Counted from the whole stretch's first letter, positions 37,796 to 52,765 are shown. The stretch: 60,179 nucleotides of DNA, filler included, from Basidiobolus ranarum (GCA_040143965.1; 8 parts of 8 records of this genome joined end to end with filler, not necessarily neighbours in it), one strand, 5' to 3'. Notes: generated by a model not told the origin, from the sequence alone. Translations and numbers: made by a program.

Positions 37796-38806
37796 ATGTC
37801 CTTCAACCTATCTTGCTTCTCAGCTCTACTAATCATTGGAGGGGCCAATGCTATTCTACAATATCAATCAAAGCCATTGATCACTGCTGAAAATTCGAAG
37901 TTTGGTCCTTTTATTGAGGGTACTTCTGTGGATAGAGAAGGCAACGTATACGCCGTAAATTATGGAAACAACTCCACTCTACCTACCCTGGGCCGCGTGA
38001 CCCCCAAACAATCACTTTTCTATGAGGACACTCAAACACCCGGAACTGCCTTCAACGGAATCAGGTTCGGTATCAAGGAATCTCATCATCATCATCATCA
38101 TAAAGTGGCTTACGTTGCCGACTACATCAACCATAGAGTGGTCAAAGTGACGGTGGATTCCCACGGCAAGACCGTTGGCAAAACACACTGCTCCAATCCC
38201 AAGTTCATCCAACCAAACGACATTACTCTTGCTAGAAATGGAAGGATGTATTTGTCAGGTATGAAATTCCACCAGAATACTCAGATTGGGGATGGTGATA
38301 TCTGGGTTTGCGCCAAGGAAGGGAAAACCAAACGTTTAGATGTCTTGGGTCGTACAAATGGGATTGAATTAAGTCCAAATGACAAATATTTATATGTTTC
38401 TGAAGCTATAGATAGAGATTCTATCACAGTTTCCAACAAAATCTGGAGATATAAGGTGCACAAAGCGACTGGAGAGATCAGTCATAAAACATTGTTCTTT
38501 GATTTTGCTACGGTTAATACTGCTGATTTGAATATCGATGGTATTCGTAGTGATATCAGAGGGAACCTCTTCGTTGTTCGCCACGGGGGTCAGGAAGTAC
38601 TCAAGATTTCCCCCAAGGGAGAGATACTGGCCTCCATCAAACTTTCTTTTACCTTCCCCACCAACATCGAGTTGGCTGGAAAACATGGCACCACTTTGCA
38701 CATAGTTGGAAGATGTGGCATCAATACCCCTGATGGTGAAGGGGTTGGCTGTGTTGATACTTGGGAAAACGACGTACCTGGTAGAGCTTGGTCTTTACTT
38801 CAGTGA
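37796..38806 (+). CDS. Secreted SMP-30/gluconolactonase/LRE-family beta-propeller
   Basis: Signal peptide, IEGTSVD, FNGIR, QPNDI, TNGIELSP, IDGIRSD, PTNIEL. Intronless. His6 run at 38084-38101. Confidence 0.88.
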   Translation: MSFNLSCFSALLIIGGANAILQYQSKPLITAENSKFGPFIEGTSVDREGNVYAVNYGNNSTLPTLGRVTPKQSLFYEDTQTPGTAFNGIRFGIKESHHHHHHKVAYVADYINHRVVKVTVDSHGKTVGKTHCSNPKFIQPNDITLARNGRMYLSGMKFHQNTQIGDGDIWVCAKEGKTKRLDVLGRTNGIELSPNDKYLYVSEAIDRDSITVSNKIWRYKVHKATGEISHKTLFFDFATVNTADLNIDGIRSDIRGNLFVVRHGGQEVLKISPKGEILASIKLSFTFPTNIELAGKHGTTLHIVGRCGINTPDGEGVGCVDTWENDVPGRAWSLLQ

Positions 38807-39113
38807 TTCAAATGTTCCATTGATTTCTAATATTCGAAATAAATACAAAAAGCTCTCTAAGCGTGAATGCAATACTGAATCTGGAGGTCATATGATTTCA
38901 TTTTAGACCTGTCTACTTTGTACTGATAAAATTGGATGCTTTCTGAGTGAATTGGACACGCAATGATGTACTTTCGTTAGGAATGCGCTTTATTCGAACT
39001 TGGTCTTGTAGATTACTCTTACGGCTAGTTAGATTTCTAGGTGTATTCTTGAACAATGTAAGTGAATCATTGGTAAATGCGTACAAAATGATGGTAACCA
39101 ATGAGAATGCTAG

Positions 39114-39721
39114 TTAAGAACTTTGTTCTGGGGTAGTCTGCTGTTCTATTTGATCGTTGTCGTTGTCCTCATGGAATATAGAAAGTGATAATTCTTCTTC
39201 AACTGGAATCTCTTTCTCATTGCGTAGAATGGCTTGACGTAGTCCACGGACTTTACCTGGTATATTTTCCTTCATAAAATCCGAAAATTCTTTCAACTAA
39301 GAGGAAGTTTTTTCAGAAATAAAACGATTCGTCAGATATAACTTCGATAAATAAATAGAAGAGGAAATCTTTTCCACTAAAACTTAGTGGTTACTAACAT
39401 TGCGTGCACCAGTATAAGTGCTAACACCAGCAACCAACATTCCAGCTCCAGAAAGACACAGCATAGTCCCAAGACCAAGGGTTTTTAGAGCAAATAGTCG
39501 AGCATCTTTCATAGCCCGTGTGTTGTTACTCGCTTGCTGTAATAGATTTGGTGTGGGTGTCGCTACACACAAAGATATTTAAAATAAAAGTCATTTCCAC
39601 TCAAATAATAAACTGGCTTACCTTTTTTACGGGAATACCACATGGAACCTGTTATTCCACTCACAAATGCTATCGTAGAGACAGTAAGTAAAAATCTACG
39701 TTCTTCTACTTCGGAATTCAT
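39114..39721 (-). CDS. TMEM242/Aim11-like (DUF1358) small membrane protein, three exons
   Basis: MNSEVEERRFLLTVSTIAFVSG...|ATP...ALKTLGLGTMLCLSGAG...GARN|LKEFSDFMKE. Two GT-AG introns splice in frame. Confidence 0.6.
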
Positions 39722-40610
39722 ATTTTATCAAACCAGGAGAGGTGGGTTTAGTGCCAATTCTACCACCCTTTTCGTAGTCACTTTTAATCGCACTTGAGAA
39801 GTTCAAGCTTTTTTCACTCAAAAACCCCGAGTCATGCCAATCTCAAGTATCGTGGGCTTCATTCGAACTTTGATTATGTCAAGCAACAATTATTCAAGAT
39901 TCGAGTCGGGATAGGTCATGTTTCAAATCCTTTAAGTATCCGGTTAACATCAAGTTATATTCACTAAATCTAAGCAACATGCGCATCTTCTTGCTTAAAC
40001 TAATGTCATTTGCGATCAGCTGATATGTATGGATTGATTTATGCATTACAACTCTGATCAGAGTTAAGGTTTCCTTAGAGCAATACTCACCCTAAGGTTC
40101 ATGGTTCATAACACGTCTGCTTCAACCTAGCCTCCCCTAATGTAGTACGTAATTTACTTGGGGAAATAGGACTCCTAAAACCTGATTTTTGTTGGCAAAG
40201 ATATGAAACCCCTTATCAGCTTTATTAGCTGGTTATGGATATGTAGTAACTTTAATCCCCTGACTCCTCTTACTGTGCAATGGTATAGATAACACACTCT
40301 TATTCGCTTGAAATCATCCAATTCCTTCCTAGGCTTCTAAATCAATTGGTCAACCTAAATACACGAATGGTTTGATTTACCAGTTGAACAGGAAATAATA
40401 AGACTAGTAGATATGGGGGAGGAGAGTTAAACGTTGAGGAAAATTTCAAATCAATATATTCCCAATAATCTAAATATATCCATAGTAAAATGGCGAAGGA
40501 GGTGGGGGTGAGGTGTGATGAGGCGTGTGGGGGGAGGGCGTTTGCTTCCCAGTGAGATTGATTAACTTAAAGTAGGTTTCTTTCATTCGGCCCTTTCTTC
40601 ACCCAACCTT

Positions 40611-40629
40611 CAAAAAACCAAAAAAAATA
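40611..40629 (+). promoter_or_regulatory. A-rich tract upstream of PABP, possible 5' UTR autoregulatory element
   Basis: CAAAAAACCAAAAAAAATA about 90 nt before the ATG. PABP mRNAs are known to carry A-rich autoregulatory 5' UTR tracts. Confidence 0.35.
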
Positions 40630-40664
40630 TCCTTTATTTTTTTTTAATATACTGTTGTATTTAA

Positions 40665-42749
<2,085 letters not shown>

Positions 42750-43781
42750 GAGTTGGAAGGTGAAGTTCGTCTCTAGCAAATATATCCTTTAATCTCTCTT
42801 GATGCGGTAGTTTGATTTTAGTCGAGTAAAGTTGGTCAACTCAACCTATTTTTTTTTCGATATTCGTGTCTGTTATAATCTGGGAATGCCTTCAAACAGA
42901 ACAACGTTACCAACTGTTTTATGACAAACTTTAGATTACTACATTATTGCAAATATAGTTATTTTAATGTATGGATTTATTTATTTACTTTCCTTTTGTC
43001 TCTCTTCCACGGTTGAGTTGAATAAAGTTTTTCAGTAAACGCTAGTTAATGTTTATATAGCAAGGAGTGAAGATGCTGAAGAGACGATAAATCAGTAACA
43101 ACTTAAGTCAATGTATCACTCTAGGCTCCGCTCAGACTGTGCCATACTTGCTCTCGTTTCGTCCTAAAATACGAATTCCTTGTTTGTGCTTACACCGAGT
43201 CCGTTTAATCTCCATCAATTGGACAATTTCTTTGCCCTCATATCTTTTTCATAAACTCCACTCTCACATAAAAGCAATTCAAAGGGACAAACTTCGGATG
43301 GTAAACTAGACATCCAAGATGAGCCAATGCCAACTATATTCACTATGGCCTCAAGGACAGGTCTTTGGTTGATATAAATGATAAAGAGTTGTGTCTATTC
43401 ACTGCTTCAACAACCACTTTTATTTATTTGTTCCTGAAGTTAGGTTGTAAATATTTTAACCAACTTGAACTTTTCGTCCAGGAGAGGGTATGGTGACTTG
43501 CTTTTACCTCGCACATAACAAGCGGAGGAAAAGAATGATTAAATTGATTGATTCATGACTTCTGATTTATCCAAGTTGGTAATGAACCGATTTAGTCGAA
43601 TGTCACAGATTCAAACTTAAGGCTTGGTTGGATTTGTAATCGATGGTTAAATGTATTTGTAAGTACTCATCAAATCAAATGCTGATCTCACTTTTTTTCA
43701 TTTTATAATACTCACCATGTAAAGAGAGGGGATCTTTCCTGTTTCTTGAAATAGATATTCATTTTGCTTCATAATCTGGGC

Positions 43782-44480
43782 TTGTCTCAAGAAGAAGAGG
43801 ATATATGGGCCTCTGACCACTCAGACGTTGAATACGAACGTCAGATAGCCGAGCGTGAATGGTCACGTTTGAACGAAACCTTTGGTAACGAAGGTTACAA
43901 AGAAGGCTTATCCGAAGGTAAGGATCAAACCATAGAGAGTTGCTTTGGCGATGGTTTTACTGAAGGAGGTAAATACGGAGTGAGAATGGGTGAGCTGAGA
44001 GGCTGGTTAAGGTAATTCGTGGCCTTTTTTAATAACCTATCTCCACCAAAACTTCAATATTTACAAGGTTAATCTACACTGTATAGTACTCTTTTGGTTG
44101 TAGCCGAGAGTCTTAATCTGGAGAACACCAAGTTGGTTGAGATAAAAACACTTGAAGAAGAACTTCGCCAGTATAAATCAGATAAGATGTTCTCCACTCA
44201 GTATTTTCGTAAGGAAAGTAGCATTCCAAAGCTGGAAAAGCCAAAGAGCCAAGGCTGTTGCAAAGAGGAGAATGACTCGGCTTGTTGCCAAAAGGACGAT
44301 AATTCTGGCTGTTCCGGAACACAAATTGAGCTCAATAACAAAGATAGATTAGAAACTCTCCCTACCGATACCCCGTATACTAATACCTTTCAAGATAGAC
44401 TACCAGCTGAAATAGTACGTGAATACGAGGACAAAGTGACAGAACTTGTCAACTCTTTAAACTTGAACATCTCTTTGTAA
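43782..44480 (+). CDS. YAE1: Yae1 (Yae1_N, deca-GX3) cytosolic Fe-S assembly adaptor; no in-frame ATG found
   Basis: (L)SQEEEDIWASD...EREWSRL...GYKEGLSEGK...FGDGFTEG..YG..MG..RG. Intron 44012-44086. Confidence 0.75.
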
Positions 44481-44957
44481 TATACAGTTTTGAATCTATA
44501 TTCTCCAATCAGTAGGATGTAGGTACCTCTATGCTTCTCTACCCGCATCAAAATCTGCTACAGTAAAGAGATAGTACCAAAATCCAATATTTACTTGAGA
44601 ACACAAATTTCGACACATTTATTAGCTCATAAATCACAAATATCTGCTTCGTATTATTGGGACAAGTTATACTACTACTAGCTGTCAAAGGGCTTAGATA
44701 AATGACCGTTAAGAAATACAAATACCTACCAGATTCGACTTAGCATAGATCGACGAACAGTGTGTTCAAGATCGTAGTTCTGTGAGATGATGATAGATTC
44801 AAAATGTTTTCTCGTTTTCTGGATACTAAACGTGTCATAATTATTCGGCAAGAGGAACATGAATAGTAGTAAGTGGATGATGGGTAGTGTGAGTGGGAGG
44901 TGCTGAATAGTAGATAGCAAGTTCCTCTAATCCCTGGATTTCTTTCTCGCATCGGAT

Positions 44958-45149
44958 CTACATCGGAAAGCTGTTAGAAAGGATTAAATCTGTACAAACG
45001 TCAATAGAATGAACTCACGAAGATTCCTCATGCCCGCGTTTGCCTTTCATGTCCTTTAGGGATGAGTTGAATTGATCTAACCCGAATAACTCCGGTTCAA
45101 CTGCTTGCTTTTCACACTGTCCAGGCCCATCGCGTCTCTGGGCTCCATC
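44958..45149 (-). CDS. PRP45: C-terminal fragment of SKIP/Prp45 (SNW1), divergent (partial)
   Basis: RRDGPGQCEK...LFGLDQF...KRG resembles the conserved RxGPVQFEK...FGLDxF tail. Confidence 0.5.
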
Positions 45150-45249
45150 NNNNNNNNNNNNNNNNNNNNNNNNNNNNNNNNNNNNNNNNNNNNTTAATTA
45201 ATTAANNNNNNNNNNNNNNNNNNNNNNNNNNNNNNNNNNNNNNNNNNNN
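45150..45249. other. Artificial contig spacer
   Basis: N44-TTAATTAATTAA-N44. Confidence 0.98.
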
Positions 45250-45816
45250 TGCTTCTTGTGAAAGGCAAGGATAGCTTGTGGTGGTCCCTTTGGCTCTATT
45301 TCTTCTCCTGTAACAAATCCCCAAAGGTCCTTGTTTTCTAGCACCATTTGCATCTTGAACTTCCAAAGGTGAAAGTCTTCTCCATCAAACTTCTCTGTGC
45401 ATGCAAAAACGTTGGTAATAGTACTGGTAGCCATTCCTTTGACAGCTAGCTTGGGGCTCATAACCTGATAGAAGTGCTTAGGGGATTTGGAAGTGTTTTG
45501 GACAAGATTTGGATATATGAATTAGACACTTAAGTTTTATTAAATTGAATATGTCCTATTTATAGTTTACTATGAAATGGGACTATTGGACATGCTTAGA
45601 TCATAACAGACATGCCTGTTAAGCATGGGTGAAAATTTGAGGTGATTTGGGGAAGTTTTGTAAAAATAGTGAAAATTGGTAAAAGTGATCTAATTGATAT
45701 TTCTATCAATTAGAGCAATAAACACATGTTTTTGAATGACAGAATTGAGTACTAAATAATCAGAATATGAATGAACTAACTACTAAATAATGAGTTGCTA
45801 TTTGCCTAATTCAACA
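45250..45816 (-). mobile_element. Ty1/copia element copy A: 5' LTR (45816-45466), PBS (45465-45454), gag start (truncated)
   Basis: LTR TGTTGA...TATCA, PBS GGTTATGAGCCC, gag EKFDGEDFHLWKFKMQMVLE. Confidence 0.9.
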
Positions 45817-46082
45817 ATATTAAGGTATTTGAAAGGGACTGTAGATCTAGTTCTGTAATACTCTGCCACTCCTGATTCACAAATTTTTTGAAGGCTACAG
45901 TGATGCCAACTAGCAAGGAAACCTTGATAATAGATGATCATCAACTGGGTGCCCTATTTCATATAGTAATGGAGACATAAGTTGGAATAGTAAGAAATAA
46001 CCAGCTGTAGACTTTCTGCTACAGAAGCAGAGTATATGGCTGCATCTCAAAATTCACCAGTAGCTTTGTGGTGGCTATTTTA
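45817..46082 (+). mobile_element. RT/RNase H fragment of an older host copia copy
   Basis: Translates to ILRYLKGTVDL...SWNSKK*PAV...ATEAEYMAAS. Confidence 0.8.
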
Positions 46083-49000
46083 TGTTAAAAATATATAAAA
46101 ACAACTCATTATTTAATAGTGACCTTATTCTTACTCAGATTATTTTGCACTCAATTCTGCCATTCAAAAACATGTGTCTATTGCTCTAATTACTGAAATA
46201 TCAATTAAGATCACTTTTACAAAATTTCATTATTATTGTAAAACTTCTCCAAATTACCTCACATTTACACCCATGCTTAACAGGCATGTTTGTTATGATC
46301 TAAGCACATCCTATAGTCCTATCTCATAGTAAACTATGAATTCAACATATTCAATTCAATATAACTTTAGTGCTAATTCACAAATCCAAATCTTTTTCAG
46401 AACACTTCCAAATCCATTAAACACTTTTATCAGGTTATGAGACCCAAGCAAGCTGTTAAGGGAATGTCCAACAGTGCCATTACCCATGTTTTTGCATCCT
46501 CAGAGAAGTTTGAAGGTGAAGACTTTCACCTTTGGAAGTTCAAGATTCATATGGTGCTAGAAGACAACAAACACTGCGGATTTGTTACAGATCAAGAAAT
46601 AGAGCCAAAGGGACTACCAGAAGCTATCCTTGCCTTTCACAAGAAGCAGAGGAAAGCACTCTCTACACTTTGTCTACATCTTAGATGCTCTCAATTGAGG
46701 CACATATAATCAGCAAAAACTTTACGAAATGCTTGGAAAACACTTGAGGGAATATATCTAACTACAGGTCTGGCTAATAGGCTATCTCTTGGCCAAAGCA
46801 TATTCTCATTTCAGAAAAAATCTGATAATTCTATGCATAAGCATATAAATCAGATAAAAACCATGGCAGATAAGTTCTTCTCCATTGCAGCACCTCTAAA
46901 TGAAGATGACTTAGTCATGACACTACTTGGGAGCCTGGCAGACAAGTTTAGGAACCTCATAGAAAATGTTGGTGATAGGGTTTTAAAAGAGGAATTAAGG
47001 AGATTGAATTCTCAGCAAAATAATGCAGAACAGGCATTGTTTGGAGCTATAAAACATGAACCAGGCTTGTATAATGGCATCCTTCCTGGGAAATCAATCA
47101 TATGCAAGTATTACAAAAAACCAGGCCATTTAATCCAAGGACTAAGCAGAAAATGGAACAAGCAAATCAAGTAAGCACTGATAGGGATCACCTATTGGTG
47201 TCTGCCCTATCAGTAACCTCTAAAGAAGACTCAGAGATGTGGTACATTGATTCAGGAGCCTCCCAGCCTATGTCAAACAAGAAAGATTGGCTTTCAGCTT
47301 AAATCCAATCCAAACAAGGAACATCCACTTAGATGATGACTTTGCACTAGTTGCAGTATGTAAGGCCACAGTTGTGCCCAATTTAGACCAAGATTCAGGT
47401 GCACCTTCTGCACAATTGGAACATGTACTCCATGTACCAAATATAGCTAAGAATCTACTCTCATTGAGCCAAGCAACAACTCAAAGACTAAATTTCATGT
47501 TTAGCAAGGCTGGAAGCACTATCACTGATCAGAATAACACCAAGTTGGCTACTGGGATTAAAACTCAAGACTTTATCAAGCTGGAAATCAATAAATTACT
47601 TTCTGAACATGCAAACTTGGCAAAACCGGTGAAAAAAGCTGTCAAACATGGCATGGAAGATTAGGCCATATTGGAGCACAAAAAATGACCCAAATGATCT
47701 GAAATCAGATTGTTTCAGGTTTGGAAATTGAGAATATCATTAAATTGGATCTGTGTGAAGGTTGCATATATGGAAAACATCACAGACAGCCATTTGCAAG
47801 CTCTGGAAAGATCTAATCCACTCAGAATTTGGCCCTGATTCAATCTGACATATGTGGGCCCATGAAAAATGTCTCACTAGGTGGGAAAAGGTATGTTATC
47901 ACCTTAATTGATAACAAAACAAGATATATATGGGTATTCTTGCTGAATCCCAAAGCTGAAGCCTAAGCTACATTCAAAGATTACTAAGCAATGGCAGAGA
48001 AAGAATTAGCACAAAAATTAAGGGTACTATGGAGTGATAATGGTTGGGAATACTGCTCCAATGACTGTAGTAGCTTTTGTCCAAAAGATGGAATTAAACT
48101 ACAAACTACTGCAGCTTATACTCCACAACAAAATGGAGTTGCAGAATGTGCTGTAAGGACCATAGGGGAGATGGCAAGATCAATGTAACATGATTAAAAG
48201 TTAGATTACTAATATTAGGCTGAATCTGTCTCCACTGCAGTCTAGATCAAAAACAGATGCCTCACAAGATTACTGTGAAATTCTACTCCATATGAAGCCC
48301 TATATGGATTGAAACCAGGTGTGGATCATGTCAGGATCTTTAGTTGCATAGCACATTGCCAAATTCCAGCTTAAAAATGCTCTAAATTGGATCCCAAAAG
48401 CAGAAACTGTATATTTCTTGATTATTATGGTGGATCTAAGGACTATAGACTGTCTGATAGCAAGAATCAGAAGTTAAATAAGTGCAGAGATGTGGTTTTT
48501 GATGAAAAAGTAAACTTATCACCTCAAATCACAGCTCTTGATCCAGAAACTACAATCAGCACTGTTCAAGAAGTGTCTGACAAAAATTCCAGCTGTATCT
48601 GAGCTCTAGTCAACCAAAATTCCAGTCCCAATTACACCAGAGGATGTTTCAGGACCTAGAAGATCATCCAGAAGGAGAGATAAGCAAGCAAACTGGTGGA
48701 ATACTTCCAATGCTGCTGTATATGCCTATGCAGCATTCTATGACAAGCCACAGACTCTAGATGAAGCTCTGGAGTGTCCAGAATCAAAATTATGGGAAAA
48801 AGCAATTTCTGATGAGTCTATATCACTTCAGGACAATAAAGCATGGGCTTTAAGTTCTCTACCATCAGGGAGAAAGCCAATAGGTTGAAAATGGGTCAAC
48901 AAAGTTAAAAATCAAGCTGATTGAACTATAGTAAGGTACAAAGCAACATTGGTTGTCAAAGGTTATTCCTAGACACCAAGAGGTGGTATTAATGAAATTT

Positions 49001-50061
49001 TTGCTCCAATAGCTAACTTTAGCTGCATTAGATCAATTCTGGGCCTCTCAGCCATCTAAAACCTTGATTTAAATCAAATGAATGTAAAAGCAGCATTTCT
49101 GAATGGAAATCCAGAACAAGAGATCTATAGAGAGTAACCAGACAGATTTGTTGACCTTAAACATCCTTGTGTTGTCTGTAAACTGCAAAAATTGCCATAT
49201 GGACTCAAGCAAGCACCCAGGGCATGCTACAACAAGATAGATACCTATTTGGAATCACCAGAATTCTAAAAATGCGCAGCAGCTTCCAGTATCTACATCA
49301 AAGCAAACAAAAATAGGATCCTTATCTTCTCACTATATATGGATGACTTCATCATAGCCACAAATGATCTAGAAGCACTTAATCAGACAAAAAGCAGCTT
49401 ATCAAACCAATTTTAGATGACTGATATGGGTGAATTAAGTTACATACAAAAACATCCTATTACTGTATTTCAAGATATTCACAGTTGTATTTCATGAGCT
49501 AAATGCCCTATATTTCATGCAAGAACAAAATATATAGATATTAGGCATCATTTCATTAGAGAAGGAAGAGAGAATGATATAATTGAACTTATCTATTGCT
49601 CTACTGAAGAAATGATAGCTGACATCTTAACCAAACCTTTAGCTAAAGCACAATTTGAATTAATTAGACATAAGTTTGGTAAATGAAAAATACAAAATAA
49701 TTTGTTGAGTGAGACTGTTGAAATTAGGTAAATAGCAACTCATAATTTAGTAGTTTGTATATTCATATTCTGATTACTTAGCACCCAATTCTGCCATTCA
49801 AAAATGTGTGTCTTTTGCTCTATTTGATAGAAATATCAGTACACTCACTTTCACCAAATTTCACTATTTTATCAAAGCTTCTCCAAATCACCTAAAATTT
49901 GCACCCATGCTTAACAGGCATGTTTTTTATGATCTAAGTATGTCCAATAGTCTTATTTTATAGTAAATTATGAAAAGGAAATATTCAATTGAATAAAACC
50001 CAAGTGTCATAAATCCAAATTTTGTCCAAAACACTTCCAAATCCACCACACACTTTTATCA
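46083..50061 (+). mobile_element. Ty1/copia element copy B, near full length but degenerate (LTR 46083-46432, gag-pol, LTR 49716-50061)
   Basis: Two ~350-bp LTRs, PBS GGTTATGAGACC, gag, protease WYIDSGAS, integrase SDNG...TPQQNGVAE, RT YGLKQAPR and LYMDD, RNase H RTKYIDIRHHF. Many stops and frameshifts and an internal deletion near 49440. Confidence 0.93.
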
Positions 50062-51310
50062 ATTACAGACTTAGGATACATGAAAAAATGTGCTATTACT
50101 GTATTTGAAGTTTATCAAAGTTGTATTCCATTAGACAAAAACCCAACATTTCATACTAGAACAAAACATATAGATATTAGGCATCATTTTGTTAGAGAAG
50201 CAGTCAAGTATGACATAATCAAACTTGTCTATTGCCCTTCCAAAGAAGTGATTGCTGACATCTTAACCAAACCTTTAGTTAAAGCACAACTTGAATTATG
50301 TAGATCCATGTTAGATTTAAGACAAATACAAAATAATTGGTTGAGTGGGAATGTTGATATTAGGGAAATATTAACTCATTATTGCGCAGTTAGTTTATTC
50401 ATATTCTGATTATTTAGCACTCAATTTTACCATTCAAAAATGTTGATTTATTGCTCTAATGATAGAAACATCAATAAGCTCACTTTTACCAAATTACACT
50501 AATTTCTCAAAACTTCTCCATACATCTCAAAATTTTACCCTTGCTTAATAGGCTTGTTTGTTATGATCTGAGCATGTCCAATAGTTTTGTGTTGTTGTAA
50601 AATATAAATAGGACATTTTCTATTAAACAAACTTTGAGTGTCTAATACCCAAATCCAAATCTTAACCAAAATGCTTCCAAATCCCCTGAACACATTTATT
50701 GTTTGCATCCACAGGGATGTTTGATGGTCCAGTGTTTTACTTTTGGAAGTTCAAGATGCAAATGGTGCTAGAAGACAAAGATCTTTGGGGATTTGTTACA
50801 AAAGAAGCAATAGAGCAAAAGGGACAACTGGAAGCTATTCTTGCCTTTGACAAGAAGCAGATAAAAGTACTCTCTGCACTCTGTCTCCATCTCAGAGACT
50901 TACAATTTAGGCACATGAACTCAGCCAAAAATGTCCATACCACTTGCAAAGCACCTGAGAGATTATATGAGAGTAAAAGTCTGGTTCATAGTCCCAATTC
51001 AGATGAGTTCTGATGATTCTATGCTTAATTTTTTAAATTGGATAAAGACTATGTCTAATCACCTCTTATCCATTGGAGCTCCTCCAAATGAAGATCACTG
51101 AGTCATGACACTACTTGGAAGCCTTCCAGAGAAGTTTGGGAAACTTATAATTGCCCTTGAATCCAGATCAGAGCCATCAACAATGGAATATGTTGGTGCT
51201 AGGCTTTGAAAAAGCAATTAAGGAGATCTAATTTACAACAAAATAATGCAAATCAGGTATTTTTTAGAGCTATAAAACCTCCAACAGGCTTCAGTAATGG
51301 TGCCCTAAAT
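50062..51310 (+). mobile_element. Rest of host copia RNase H, its LTR (50352-~50699) and a tandem gag fragment
   Basis: HTRTKHIDIRHHFVRE...ADILTKPL, purine tract TTGAGTGGGAA, LTR starting TGTTGA, then FDGPVFYFWKFKMQMVLEDKDLW. Confidence 0.88.
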
Positions 51311-51319
51311 TGATAAATA

Positions 51320-51400
51320 CTTCAATTAGAGCAATAAATACCCGTTCTTGAAAGACAGAATTGAGCGCAAAATAATCAAAATATGAATAAGCCAACTATC
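51320..51400 (-). repeat. Partial LTR of the same copia family
   Basis: TCAATTAGAGCAATAAA...GACAGAATTGAG...AATAATCAAAATATGAAT matches 45706-45780. Confidence 0.75.
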
Positions 51401-52665
51401 ACTACAAGAATCTAAGAAGTCAAGGCTTATTTGAGTACCAACACAATTATGCATTTGTATTGGCTTTGGGCAGTTTTTGACTACATACATAAACTATCAG
51501 AAAAGCTTGCCTGCCAGCTACTTTTATTAGCTTAAGTCTTCTCCCTTTTGAAAAGTTGAAGATTCCCAGCATCTCTTTACTATCCATCATATCTAGACCT
51601 AAGTCACCAGAACTTGTAGATAGCTTCTTACAGCCTTTGATTTTGGAATTTAAGTAGATATACAATCTGACTATAACACTACACTCCATGATCTTTACCA
51701 TCACGTGCCTGGTCTGATTTCAACCTACTCACTGTTATCAATTCTCTGTATAGTCATAACATCATAATAGGGATTAGCTGTAGACCTAAGATTAGTTGCT
51801 AAAGGGGATCAGCAGGAGTCAGAGCTTCTCATTGTGTACTATATACTTACTATTCAACAGCAGTCCAATACAACTTATTCAGCTGCAAAGTGGTAAGTTC
51901 ATTTTACATGAGCAATACAAGATAGGATCAAAGTTTGAATTAAGTAGGAAAATGCTTGAAAACATCTGGATACCATCATATTTCACCAATACCCCCATCA
52001 ATATACACTCACCTAGGCATTTATTTAAATGTAAAGACTGGAAGTAATGGATTTGTATATATTCAAGTGGAATCTTGAAAATATTTCTGCTTAATAAGTA
52101 TTAGCAACATTGAGGGTCATTTGTGGATATTGTTAACATATTCTCATGGCTTCAAACCACATTAGAAGATCTCAGGCAGATACAATTAATGTGCAAACAT
52201 TAAGTAATTAGATATGGCAAACTTTATTACAGGTTTAAAAAACATAGATTGAATCTATGCTGGTGTCAACTCATTCCCTGCTGCAACTGTTGCAATTGTC
52301 TGAGATTATAGGCTCTTGCTATACATTCTGGGGATTCCCAATGGAGCATACAAGTAGTAATATGATGCTGTATATTCAATTGTCAGTATTACAATATTCT
52401 ATTCTGATTTACAATTTATCAGCAAAATGAGTAATTGCTGTCATGCAATGGGTTCTGAACACTCCAGATTATATTGACCTTCCAACAAAGGGCTCTTTTC
52501 AATGTACCCATTGGTTTTGTATTATTTGAGCTCCATATAAGGAAAGAAACCGGAAGATGAATTGGTTCTAAGAAGAAATTAGGTAGGATACCCATAAAGA
52601 AAACTAAAAATAATAGAGGTAAAACCAGATGGAATTCTCTTCTATTTATATCAGATAATCCTAAT

Positions 52666-52765
52666 NNNNNNNNNNNNNNNNNNNNNNNNNNNNNNNNNNN
52701 NNNNNNNNNTTAATTAATTAANNNNNNNNNNNNNNNNNNNNNNNNNNNNNNNNNNNNNNNNNNNN
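52666..52765. other. Artificial contig spacer
   Basis: N44-TTAATTAATTAA-N44. Confidence 0.98.

Noticed and set aside
40627-40635. ATATCCTTT as a U12-type 5' splice site upstream of PABP
   Set aside because: No TCCTTAAC-like branch site downstream; all introns I resolved in the genes are ordinary GT-AG.
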